The notes under the pieces were generated by a model, which worked only from the letters and a program-made list of their open reading frames with translations, was not told the origin of the DNA and made no database searches. 64,000 bases of DNA, taken from NCBI GenBank assembly GCA_937874465.1, contig CALNAX010000016.1, positions 93,177-157,176 of the forward strand, given 5' to 3'. Of the stretch, positions 17,598 through 26,777 are shown piece by piece. Position numbers and translations under genes: made by a program. How positions within the stretch are numbered: the first letter of the stretch is position 1; each line of letters opens with the position of its first letter. The stretch comes from an uncultured Bacillales bacterium (GTDB lineage Bacteria; Bacillota_I; Bacilli_A; RFN20; CAG-288).

Positions 17598-19322
17598 TCA
17601 ATCCTTTGGCAAATGCCTGTCCAAGTACTGGGCGATCTTCCCGGTGACACGTTTCAAGGTGGGAGGGACCATAGGATTATCCATATGGGTCTTCTTCAGA
17701 AGGGCTTTGTAAGGCAATGTACCGCCTAGGCTTGCAAAGGCCAAATACTTGTCGTAGGCAGCCTTGGGATCATCGAGGGACATGATGAAGAACTCCAAGG
17801 CCAACACTTCCGAGATGGTGTAGTCGACATAGTAGAAAGGGTTTTCGAAGATGTGGGCCTGGCGTTCGAAGAAACCACCCGAAGCCAAGAATTCATTTGA
17901 GGCAAAGGACTGTCGATATGGCAAAAACTCCAATTCGAGTTTACGCCAATACGCCTTTCGCTCCTTGTGCGAGATTTCGGGGTGCGAGTATACGTATTCC
18001 TGGAAGGCATCGACTATCGTGCCGTAAGGTATGAAGGTGATGGCTTCGGCCAAATGCATATAGCGGTATTTCTCGGTCTGCTTCCCGAAGAACAGATCCA
18101 TGAACGGATAGGTCAAGAATTCCATGGACATGGAGTGGGTCTCGTCTATTTCGGCCGTTGAGCTGCGGTAGGCAGGCACTTCCTGGTCCGAACCCAAATA
18201 TGCCTGAAGGGCGTGTCCGAATTCATGGGTGAGAGTGTCCACGTCATCACTGGTGCCGTTGAAATTGGAAAAGATGAAAGGCATCTTCAAGGCCGGAAGG
18301 TAGTATTCGTACCCCCCGCCTTCCTTCCCCTTCTTGGCGACCAAGTCGAACATTCCCTTCTCGTCCATCTTCCTGAAGAAAGCCCCGGCGGTAGTGGAAT
18401 CCATGGAGTCATACATCCTTTGGGCCTTGGCGACTAATTCTTCCGGAGCCCCCAAGGGCTTGGGGTTCCCACCTTGGTAGAAGATGTCGAAATCATAGTA
18501 TTTGGTCAGGGCCCCAAATCCCAGTCTCTTCTCCTGCTCGTCGCGGATCTTTTGGGCGAGGGGGACCACGAATTCACGTACCTGCTCCCGATAAGTGTCT
18601 ATGTCGTTTGCGTCCCAATCCAACCGTCCCATCCGGTCGTAGCCCAACCCGACGAAATCACGGTAGCCCAAGGCCTTCGCAATCTGGGTCCTTACCTTAA
18701 CCATGTCGTCGTAGATCCCGCCGATCCTGTCGTCATTGTCGGAATACCAGCCCCAGTACTTCTCACTGGCTTGGCTGCGTATAGAGCGGTCGTCGCTGTG
18801 CATGAACTTGCCCATCTGGGCCAAGGAGTAGAAATTGCCTTGGAACTCCACTTGGGCGCCGCCGGTAAGCTCTCCGTATTCGCTAGTCAACTGGTTTTCC
18901 TTTTGGAGCAGGGGGATTATTTCGGGGCTGAAGGTCTTCTTCTGAAGCCTTATCTCGTCGATCCAGAGTTTTCCGAACCTCTTTTCGATTTGGGGAAGGT
19001 AACCAGATTCCAGAATGGCATTCGAGAAAGCTACGCTGTAGCTGCTCACCTTCGGCTGAATCGAATCAGATAGCCTGGTGAGTGCCTGGTATTTCTCGTC
19101 GGTAGTGTCGATCGAGTGGCGAATGTAGATCATCGCGAATATGGTCTCCATTTGGTCTTCAAGATCGAAGAAGTCCTTGATGGCACCTATTGCCTCGTCT
19201 GCGTCCTTGGCGCCCATCAATCTCTTTGACAGGGATTCGTATTCAGAGCGTATTTCGTCAAGATCCGGTGTCGGAATCTCGACCGATGAGAATTTCTCGA
19301 ACGACGAAGATAACTTTTGCAT
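17598..19322 (-). CDS. pepF: oligoendopeptidase F (M3B)
   Basis: HEFGHALQ zinc motif. M3-family length (574 aa). Confidence 0.85.
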   Translation of the reverse strand: MQKLSSSFEKFSSVEIPTPDLDEIRSEYESLSKRLMGAKDADEAIGAIKDFFDLEDQMETIFAMIYIRHSIDTTDEKYQALTRLSDSIQPKVSSYSVAFSNAILESGYLPQIEKRFGKLWIDEIRLQKKTFSPEIIPLLQKENQLTSEYGELTGGAQVEFQGNFYSLAQMGKFMHSDDRSIRSQASEKYWGWYSDNDDRIGGIYDDMVKVRTQIAKALGYRDFVGLGYDRMGRLDWDANDIDTYREQVREFVVPLAQKIRDEQEKRLGFGALTKYYDFDIFYQGGNPKPLGAPEELVAKAQRMYDSMDSTTAGAFFRKMDEKGMFDLVAKKGKEGGGYEYYLPALKMPFIFSNFNGTSDDVDTLTHEFGHALQAYLGSDQEVPAYRSSTAEIDETHSMSMEFLTYPFMDLFFGKQTEKYRYMHLAEAITFIPYGTIVDAFQEYVYSHPEISHKERKAYWRKLELEFLPYRQSFASNEFLASGGFFERQAHIFENPFYYVDYTISEVLALEFFIMSLDDPKAAYDKYLAFASLGGTLPYKALLKKTHMDNPMVPPTLKRVTGKIAQYLDRHLPKD

Positions 19323-19344
19323 TGTCTTTTTCCTTTCTCCAGTC

Positions 19345-20868
19345 TCACAGATCGTATATTGCCGAGTATTTCCTGGTCAAGTAATCGATGAAATCGTCGG
19401 CTTGAAGATCCTGCCCCGTGACTTCCTTCACCCATTCCTTGGAAGAGAGGAGGTTGGCCTTTCTGAAGACATGTCCCTTCATCCAGGCCAACACCTTGTC
19501 CATCCTACCCGACCTTATGACTCCGTCCAAGCCGCCTTCGGGGGCAAAGTCCTGGTTCATGAGCTTAGCGTAGGCGGCATTGTATCCGTTGCCCATCGCA
19601 TAGACCGGGAAGTAGCCAAGGCCACTGGTCCAGTGCACGTCTTGGAGTATTCCCTCCTTGTCGTCCTTGACGTCTATGTCTAGATAGTCCTTGTATTTCC
19701 TGTTCCAGACCTTGTTGAGGCCGGCGTAGGGCAAGGTCCCATCCAACAGTCCCTTCTCCATTTCGTAGCGCAGGATTATGTGCATTGAGTAGGTAAGCTC
19801 GTCGGCTTCGGTCCTCAAGGGTTGGCGAAAGACCTTGTTGGCAGCCAGATAGAATTCGTGGGGGGTTACGTCGTCAAGCGCCGGGGCATAGGCTTCCTTC
19901 ATCTTCGGAAAGATCAGATCTATGAACGCCTCGGACCGGCCGATCACGTTTTCGTAGAAACGGGAGACCGATTCGTCCATGTCGGGAGTCTGGTAATCCT
20001 CCAGTCCTCGCTCCTCTTGTTCGGCAGGAATGTTTTGCGCGAACAGGGCATGTCCAGTTTCGTGGCATATGGAATAGAGGTTCGACACCATCATGTCCTC
20101 ATAGACATGGGTTGCCACCCTCTCGTCTTTGGAACCCAGCCAGATGGTAAAGGGGTGCTCCGTTTCCTGAAGGGCTCCCGAGTCGAAGTCGAAGCCCAAA
20201 AGCTTCATCAGCCATTTGCTGAATTCCAGCTGCTTGTAACGTGGGACGGGTCGGGTGAGGAAATCATCGCGAATCACCTTCCTCGATGAATAGACCTTTT
20301 TTATAAGGGGGACCAATCCCTCCTTCATATTGGCGAAATAGACATCCAGGTCCTTGGCCTTGAAGCCCGTGGCATAATCGCCGACAACCATGTCTTCAAG
20401 GGATAGCCCTTTTGGATTGTCCCTTGTCTTAAGCAGTCGCTTCTGCATATCCACTACCTTTTCCAGCATTGGCTCGAACTCCTCGTATTTGCGATCGTAT
20501 TTGGCCCTGATCCAAGAGTCGAAGGCCTTGCTGTAGACCCCTGTCGCCTCTTTGTCCAATTCAGGCGTTACATTCTTGTTTTTCCATATGTCGCGGTAGG
20601 AATTGACGACAATGGCCCTGTCTATGGCATCGAGTTGATCCTTGTGGGCCTGGAGGTATTCGACATCGCCAAGGAAGGTTGGGTCTTTCTCCAAAGAGAA
20701 GAGCTTTTGCCCTAAAACGCTTGTCTCTTCGCTCTCGAAGTCCCTTCCGCTGGGGGGACAAACGGTTTCGGTCTCGCAGACCAAGAGGCTATAGATGCCA
20801 TTCCATACCTTGATTTCCTTTCTGCGCTTGGTTAGGTCGTCCAATTTGACTTTTGTCTCTTGATCCAT
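19345..20868 (-). CDS. M32 carboxypeptidase (Taq-type)
   Basis: HETGHALF HExxH motif, and HIILRYEMEKGLLDG and DVHWTSGLGYFPVYAMG M32 signatures. Confidence 0.85.
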   Translation of the reverse strand: MDQETKVKLDDLTKRRKEIKVWNGIYSLLVCETETVCPPSGRDFESEETSVLGQKLFSLEKDPTFLGDVEYLQAHKDQLDAIDRAIVVNSYRDIWKNKNVTPELDKEATGVYSKAFDSWIRAKYDRKYEEFEPMLEKVVDMQKRLLKTRDNPKGLSLEDMVVGDYATGFKAKDLDVYFANMKEGLVPLIKKVYSSRKVIRDDFLTRPVPRYKQLEFSKWLMKLLGFDFDSGALQETEHPFTIWLGSKDERVATHVYEDMMVSNLYSICHETGHALFAQNIPAEQEERGLEDYQTPDMDESVSRFYENVIGRSEAFIDLIFPKMKEAYAPALDDVTPHEFYLAANKVFRQPLRTEADELTYSMHIILRYEMEKGLLDGTLPYAGLNKVWNRKYKDYLDIDVKDDKEGILQDVHWTSGLGYFPVYAMGNGYNAAYAKLMNQDFAPEGGLDGVIRSGRMDKVLAWMKGHVFRKANLLSSKEWVKEVTGQDLQADDFIDYLTRKYSAIYDL

Positions 20869-21199
20869 GCTTTCACAAAGCCTCTTTTGCCCTTGAGTCT
20901 ACACATTCTTATGGTCATTTTGTTGGCACGCGGCAGGCCGTGGTTGTTGGAAACGCTTGCAATTTTTCTTTACAATTGGTCAAACGCCGAAGAAATTTTA
21001 GGCCAAAATCCATTAAGCAATGAGACAAAGTGCATAAACAACCTTGAGAGCAAAAAGGATTGTCACTTGTAAATCGCTTTTTTGCGATATCGGGCGATTG
21101 AAAAAGTCCTCGGCAATAAATATCATTCACTTTGATTTCCAGGCAAGTCCTGCATCGAATGAATCAAAGCTTGCTAGGTGGAAACGGAAAGAGGACTAA

Positions 21200-22468
21200 A
21201 TGAGATTATCTGGTACAGTTAAATTATTTACCCTTCTCGCTATATCTACTACCGCGCTAGCTTCCTGTGGCTCTACCTCTTCCTCTTCTACATCTTCCAG
21301 CGCGTCTTCTAGCGTAAGTTCCGGCTCTTCTTCGTCTACCCAGACTTCTGGCAGCTCAACCTTGGACATCCCATCCGATGCGCACATAACGATGCTTACC
21401 GACGTCGGAACCATCGACGATAAGTCATTCAACCAGGGAACCTGGGAAGGGGTCGAGGCCTGGGCCCAGGCCAATGGCTTCACCGAAGGCACCACCGGAG
21501 GCATGACCTACAACTATCTGAGACCTTCGGCCGGCGATACGGCTAGTTATGAGGAGACCATCGAGGATGCCATCGATGCCGGCGCCACCGTCATCGTCTC
21601 CCCCGGATATCTCTTCCAGGAGGCCTTCGAGGCTGAGACCGTTGCCAATCCCGACGTCAAGTTCATAGGAATCGATTTCACCCAGACCAATATCGCCTCG
21701 GCCACCAATGCGGTCAACATAGTCTTCAAGGAACAGGATGCTGGCTTCTTGGCCGGCTATGCTGCCGCCGAGGAGGGCTTGACCAATTTGGGCTTCGTTG
21801 GCGGAATGCAGATACCCGCCGTCTATCGTTACGGTTCCGGTTTCGCTGCGGGCATCGCCTATGCCAATTACACCGATGGCAAGAGCGCGCAGTTCACCGC
21901 CAGCCATGTTTACTATGCTGGTGCTTTCACCGAGAGCCCCACTTACGAAACCACCCCTTCCGGTTGGCTTGCCAACGATGGAGTGGATGGCATCTTCGGA
22001 GCCGCGGGACAGGTCAACAACAACGTGTTCAATGTCGTGGAAAGCTACCACGAGACCCATACTGATCTCGATGGCAAGGCTCCTTGGGCCATAGGCGTGG
22101 ATGTCGATCAGTACAACGAGAGCGAATATGTATTGACTTCGGCAATGAAGGGCTTGGGCGTGGCCGTCCAGGACGCCTTGGACAATGTGTTCAGCGGATT
22201 CTCTGATGGCGGTACCAGCATTACGCTTGGGGCAAAGCAGGATGCCGCGGGTATCCCCACTGCCGATGATTCCTGGAGATTCAGCAATTTCACCAAAGAC
22301 CAATACAATGCAGTTCTCGAAAAGATCGAGAATGACGATGCTTCGGTGAAGATCCCTCAGGTCTTCGATGACAATGGCGCTGATCTTGCCTCGATCTTGA
22401 CCGGCTATGACGTTGACGAAGACGTTGCCTCCGCTTTGGTTGCCGTCTTACTTCCCCAATCTGACTAA
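21200..22468 (+). CDS. BMP-family (basic membrane protein / PnrA-like) nucleoside-binding lipoprotein, the ABC substrate-binding component
   Basis: Lipoprotein signal MRLSGTVKLFTLLAISTTALASC, then a Ser-rich linker and a BMP fold (GFVGGMQIPAVYRYGSGFAAG). The stop is followed by a rho-independent terminator. Confidence 0.85.
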   Translation: MRLSGTVKLFTLLAISTTALASCGSTSSSSTSSSASSSVSSGSSSSTQTSGSSTLDIPSDAHITMLTDVGTIDDKSFNQGTWEGVEAWAQANGFTEGTTGGMTYNYLRPSAGDTASYEETIEDAIDAGATVIVSPGYLFQEAFEAETVANPDVKFIGIDFTQTNIASATNAVNIVFKEQDAGFLAGYAAAEEGLTNLGFVGGMQIPAVYRYGSGFAAGIAYANYTDGKSAQFTASHVYYAGAFTESPTYETTPSGWLANDGVDGIFGAAGQVNNNVFNVVESYHETHTDLDGKAPWAIGVDVDQYNESEYVLTSAMKGLGVAVQDALDNVFSGFSDGGTSITLGAKQDAAGIPTADDSWRFSNFTKDQYNAVLEKIENDDASVKIPQVFDDNGADLASILTGYDVDEDVASALVAVLLPQSD

Positions 22469-22488
22469 TTCCGCTTTCATCAGGAAAA

Positions 22489-22522
22489 AGGGGCATCCGG
22501 TCTTGGATGTCCCCTTTTTTTT
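22489..22522 (+). terminator. rho-independent terminator after the BMP lipoprotein gene
   Basis: GGGGCATCC-ggtctt-GGATGTCCCC stem followed by TTTTTTTT. Confidence 0.75.
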
Positions 22523-22594
22523 AGAAAGCAGGTGATTATTGGTTCGAGTAGTCCTATCCTTGTCTATAAAGCGTAAGTGGTGGAGGCTTAACGA

Positions 22595-25500
22595 ATGGAA
22601 ACTGAGACTGGCACAGACAAAATTCAGGACAATAAGCCGTCTTATGCCGTCGAAATGCTCAATATCTGCAAATCCTTCGATAACCTCAAGGCCTTGGATG
22701 ATGTAACCCTTCGCGTGAAGTACGGCGAAGTCCATGCCATCCTCGGCGAAAACGGTGCAGGCAAATCGACTTTGATGTCGATTCTGTTCGGCCTGAAGAA
22801 GGCGGATTCCGGGACGATAAAAGTAGATGGCAAGGAAGTGCATATCGCAAACTCGAACGAGGCCACCAAGCTGCATATCGGCATGGTCCACCAGCATTTC
22901 AAGTTGGTCGATGTCTTCACCGTCTTCGAGAACATAATCCTTGGTCATGAAGACCAAAAGCTGGGATTCCTGAGAAAAAAAGAGGCCCGGAAGAAAGTCG
23001 AGGAGACCCTCAGGGAATACGGCATCATCCTTCCTCTCGACAGCAGGATAAAGGACCTTCCCGTTGCCACCCAGCAAAAGACCGAGATAGCCAAGATACT
23101 TTTCCTAAACGCCAAGATAATCATCATGGATGAGCCGACGGCAGTGCTCACACCCCAAGAGACGGTGGGACTTATGAAGGTGATCAGGAATTTCGCCGAT
23201 TCGGGCAAGGCCGTGATCCTCATCACCCATAAGCTGAACGAGATAAAGATGGTCGCCGATTCCGTCACCGTCATGCGCCGTGGGTGCAATATGGGCACCT
23301 TCGCAGTCAGGGACTGCACCGCTGAGCAATTGGCAGAACTGATGGTTGGCAGGCATGTATCCTTCACCATTGCCAAAAAGGAGATACCTTTGGGTCGGCC
23401 CGTTCTCGAGATCAAGAACCTCAGCTGCGATCGCAAGGATCATTCCAAGAAGGCGGTCGACGATGTCAGTTTGACCGTCCATGCCGGCGAGGTGGTCGGA
23501 ATAGCCGCCGTCGAAGGAAACGGCCAGGAAGAACTCCTCGACATAGTCACCGGCATCGACGATTCCTTCCCGAAGCTGAAAGGACAGGTATTGTTCCATC
23601 CTTCCATGGAGGAGACGGACCAGGTAGCCGGACCGGCTGGTGATGTCGGCGAGCAAATGGAGAAGCTCAAGAGGCGGAAGAGACTCCTCGAAAAGGGCGA
23701 CGTGACTTCGTCTCTTGCTTTCGGGACTACCGATCCCCAAAAAGCCCTTAGGCTTTGCCGGGATGAGATCTGGCGCCTGAAGAGGGCCAAGAGCACAAAA
23801 GACAGGCCCCAAAACATAATTCGATATGCCATCAACCGGAGGATCAAGAAGGGAATCGCCGAGATCCCATCCGACCGGCAGAGGTTTGGCTTGATCCTCG
23901 ACTATGACATCCAGAAGAACCTGGTATCCAAGGATTTGCGCAAGCCCTTCGTCAAAGGTTTCTTCATAGACCGGAAAAAGATTGCCTCGCACGCCGACAA
24001 GATGATCGCCAAATACGACATAAGGACTCCTTCCGGTCGCACCACCTTGACCAGGAATATGTCTGGGGGCAACCAGCAAAAGGTAATAATCGCCAGGGAG
24101 TTGGAGCGCAAGCCCGCCCTGTTGGTGTCCAACCAGGCGACCAGGGGACTTGATGTCGGAGCCATTGAGTTCGTCAACAAGCAGATAATCAAGGCGCGTG
24201 ACGAAGGCTGTGCCGTGCTCCTTTATTCCACCGAGCTCGACGATCTTTTCAACCTCAGCACTGTCATATACGTTATGTTCAACGGCCGCCTAATCGCAAA
24301 GCTCGATCCCAAGACAGTTGATTACAAGGAAGTGGGCTTCTATATGGGAGGCGGCAGTTCATATGACGGATCTGCCGATAAGGGCTTTGTCCCTCCCAAG
24401 GAAGAGGCGGGTAAGGCCAAAGCCAACCAGGACCAGAAGGAATCCCAATTCGATGACATAGATTCCGCCATAGCCAATGACGAGAAGCCCAAGGCGCGGG
24501 CGAAGGCGGCCATAGCCTTTAGGCCCGGCCTTGTCTCTTTGGAGAAACCGCTCAATTTCATAAGGAAGATGTCCTACGATGGACCGACGGCAAAGATCTT
24601 CAATTCCCTCACCTCCATTTTGGTAGGACTCCTGCTAGGCTTTTTGGTAATGCTGATCGTGAAGCCGTCCTCGGCCTTGAAAGGGTTCCAATATCTTTTC
24701 ACCTCCGGATCCAGGCGGGGCCTCAAATCCGTCGGGAACTCCCTTTGGAAGGCCGGTCCGTTGATTCTGTTGGGCTTGTCGGTCGCCATCCCCAATAAGG
24801 GGGGCCTGTTCAACATAGGCGCTTCGGGCCAATTCACCTTTGGGGCGGCCTTCGCGTTCCTGGTCGCGAATCTCATGGGAAGCGTCACGTCGAGCCCTTG
24901 GCTTTTCCTGGTGGTCTTCCTTGCCGGGGCGTTGGGCGGCGCCATTTGGGGATTCGTTCCCGGAATACTCAAGGCCACGCTGAACGTGAACGAAGTCGTG
25001 TGCACGATAATGATGAACTGGATTGCCGTCTATGTGGCCAAGATAATAGTCTCCCTTGATTTCGTGTACGATGTCGACATCTCCGGAGCGAATTACAGCG
25101 TAACCGGTGCCAACGTCCCCACCTGGGGATTGAGTTCCCTGTTCACCAATTCCAACATCGATTCGGGCATCATAATCGCCATCGGCTTTGCTCTCCTCTC
25201 GTGGGTCCTTGTCTCCAGTACCAAGTTCGGCTTCAAGCTGAAGGCTACCGGCCTATCGCGCGATGCGGCAAAAGGGGCAGGCTATTCCTTCAGGAAACTG
25301 ACGGTATGGTCGTTGACCCTCGGGGGCTTGATGGCGGGAATCGCCGGCGTCCTCTATTACTTCCCCTCGCAGCCGATGGGCTATCTGCAGGCCACCTCCA
25401 CCGTCTCCAACGAAGGGTTCGATGGCATTTCCATTGCCCTGATTGCGAACAACAATGCCCTGGGAACCATATTCACCGGCATAATGATCGCCTGGCTGAG

Positions 25501-25696
25501 GGAAGCGAGCGTCCCTCTCCAGACCATCGGCTACGACAAGTTCCTGGTGGATGTGATAATGGGAGTGATCATCTACAGCACCGCCACCTTCAAGCTTGCG
25601 TCTTCGATAATCCGCCATCAGCAGCTGAAGCAAATCAAGAACCGGGACCTGCTGGAGACCAAGAGGAAGCCTGACAAGGAGGCCAAGGAAATATGA
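22595..25696 (+). CDS. nucleoside ABC transporter, ATPase (two ABC domains) fused in-frame to the first permease (NupA-NupB / RnsB-RnsC fusion)
   Basis: Residues 1-~590 carry two Walker A boxes (GENGAGKST, AVEGNGQEEL) and signatures. After a charged linker, residues ~650-1033 form a multi-TM BMP-type permease. It is a single 1033-aa ORF. Confidence 0.8.
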   Translation: METETGTDKIQDNKPSYAVEMLNICKSFDNLKALDDVTLRVKYGEVHAILGENGAGKSTLMSILFGLKKADSGTIKVDGKEVHIANSNEATKLHIGMVHQHFKLVDVFTVFENIILGHEDQKLGFLRKKEARKKVEETLREYGIILPLDSRIKDLPVATQQKTEIAKILFLNAKIIIMDEPTAVLTPQETVGLMKVIRNFADSGKAVILITHKLNEIKMVADSVTVMRRGCNMGTFAVRDCTAEQLAELMVGRHVSFTIAKKEIPLGRPVLEIKNLSCDRKDHSKKAVDDVSLTVHAGEVVGIAAVEGNGQEELLDIVTGIDDSFPKLKGQVLFHPSMEETDQVAGPAGDVGEQMEKLKRRKRLLEKGDVTSSLAFGTTDPQKALRLCRDEIWRLKRAKSTKDRPQNIIRYAINRRIKKGIAEIPSDRQRFGLILDYDIQKNLVSKDLRKPFVKGFFIDRKKIASHADKMIAKYDIRTPSGRTTLTRNMSGGNQQKVIIARELERKPALLVSNQATRGLDVGAIEFVNKQIIKARDEGCAVLLYSTELDDLFNLSTVIYVMFNGRLIAKLDPKTVDYKEVGFYMGGGSSYDGSADKGFVPPKEEAGKAKANQDQKESQFDDIDSAIANDEKPKARAKAAIAFRPGLVSLEKPLNFIRKMSYDGPTAKIFNSLTSILVGLLLGFLVMLIVKPSSALKGFQYLFTSGSRRGLKSVGNSLWKAGPLILLGLSVAIPNKGGLFNIGASGQFTFGAAFAFLVANLMGSVTSSPWLFLVVFLAGALGGAIWGFVPGILKATLNVNEVVCTIMMNWIAVYVAKIIVSLDFVYDVDISGANYSVTGANVPTWGLSSLFTNSNIDSGIIIAIGFALLSWVLVSSTKFGFKLKATGLSRDAAKGAGYSFRKLTVWSLTLGGLMAGIAGVLYYFPSQPMGYLQATSTVSNEGFDGISIALIANNNALGTIFTGIMIAWLREASVPLQTIGYDKFLVDVIMGVIIYSTATFKLASSIIRHQQLKQIKNRDLLETKRKPDKEAKEI

Positions 25697-26721
25697 ATAC
25701 CGATTGGATTTACTCATTCGTCGATCTTTGTCTCATATCCTTCATTCCCCTGGTAATAGTGGCCCTGGCCGGCATGTTCTCCGAAAAAGGCGGCGTAACC
25801 AACATCGCCTTGGAAGGAATAATGATCTTCGGTGGCTTCTTCGGGGTTTTGGTGATGGACTACATGGCCATGGGATTCGGCGTTTCCATCGACGAAATGA
25901 AGACCGCTTCGACCATCATCACCAACGTTTGGGTAAAGGTCTTGATATATGGCGTCTCCCTGTTGAGCGCCATGATTGCCGGCTTTGCGTTCTCCCTGCT
26001 TCACTCCTTCGCCGCACTCCACCTCAAGGCTGACCAGATAATAACCGGCACTGCCTTGAACATCATCGGCCCGGCCCTTTGCCTTTTGCTTGCCTCCTCA
26101 TACGGTTTCGCCGGAAAGACCGGAATGGCCAAACTGATATTGGACAACAACCTGTTCCTCATAACCTCGACGCCGGGTTTGGGCAGCATCCCCGTTATCG
26201 GGAAGCTCTTCTTCCAAAACACCTACCCGTCGTTCTTCATCGGCATCATCGTGATAATGATCGCCCCCATAGTGCTGAACCTGACCAGATTCGGCCTCCG
26301 CCTAAAGGCTGTTGGCGAAAACCCATATGCCGCCGCGGCCTCGGGAATAGCGGTCAATCGCTATCGCTTCATCGGCACCTCCATCTCGGGAGTGCTGGCC
26401 GGCATGGCGGGGTTCTTCTTCGCTTCCACCATCTCCAAGGAGTTCAGCGCCGACGTGGCCGGGTTCGGGTTCCTGGGCTTGGCGGTAATGATATTCGGCA
26501 ACTGGAAGCCCTCGCTCATACCGCTTGCCGCCCTGCTGTTCTCCTTCTTCCAGACTTTGGGCTCTGGCATATCGCTTATTCCTGGCGGCTCGTCTTTGAG
26601 TTCCTATGGCCCCCTGTTCAGCATGGTTCCCTACCTCGCCACAATCCTGGTGCTGATGGCCTTCTCCAAGCACAACCGGGCGCCGAAATACGATGGCATA
26701 CCCTATTCGGAAGAGGTCTGA
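25693..26721 (+). CDS. nucleoside ABC transporter permease (second permease, NupC/RnsD-like)
   Basis: 10-TM branched-chain/ribose-type permease fold. ATGA start/stop overlap with the upstream fused gene. Confidence 0.8.
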   Translation: MNTDWIYSFVDLCLISFIPLVIVALAGMFSEKGGVTNIALEGIMIFGGFFGVLVMDYMAMGFGVSIDEMKTASTIITNVWVKVLIYGVSLLSAMIAGFAFSLLHSFAALHLKADQIITGTALNIIGPALCLLLASSYGFAGKTGMAKLILDNNLFLITSTPGLGSIPVIGKLFFQNTYPSFFIGIIVIMIAPIVLNLTRFGLRLKAVGENPYAAAASGIAVNRYRFIGTSISGVLAGMAGFFFASTISKEFSADVAGFGFLGLAVMIFGNWKPSLIPLAALLFSFFQTLGSGISLIPGGSSLSSYGPLFSMVPYLATILVLMAFSKHNRAPKYDGIPYSEEV

Positions 26722-26734
26722 AAGCCAAAGGCAA

Positions 26735-26770
26735 AAAAGGGGCCGCCCGAAGATGGCTGCCCCTTTTCGT
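26735..26770. terminator. bidirectional rho-independent terminator between the nucleoside permease (+) and the kinase-CYTH gene (-)
   Basis: GGGGCCGCC-cgaagat-GGCTGCCCC stem with A-run upstream and T-run downstream. Confidence 0.65.
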
Positions 26771-26777
26771 TTGGATG

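Noticed and set aside
20860-21072. 70-aa ORF on the plus strand inside the M32 / bmp divergent region
   Set aside because: It overlaps the M32 start and has no RBS. The region is more plausibly promoter and leader sequence.
20869-21199. Checked the long bmpA leader for purine, preQ1 and other nucleoside-related riboswitch cores
   Set aside because: No match by eye to the conserved purine-riboswitch junction (UAUA…GGAUAUGG…CCGUAAA) or the preQ1 motifs. It is kept only as an unclassified structured leader.
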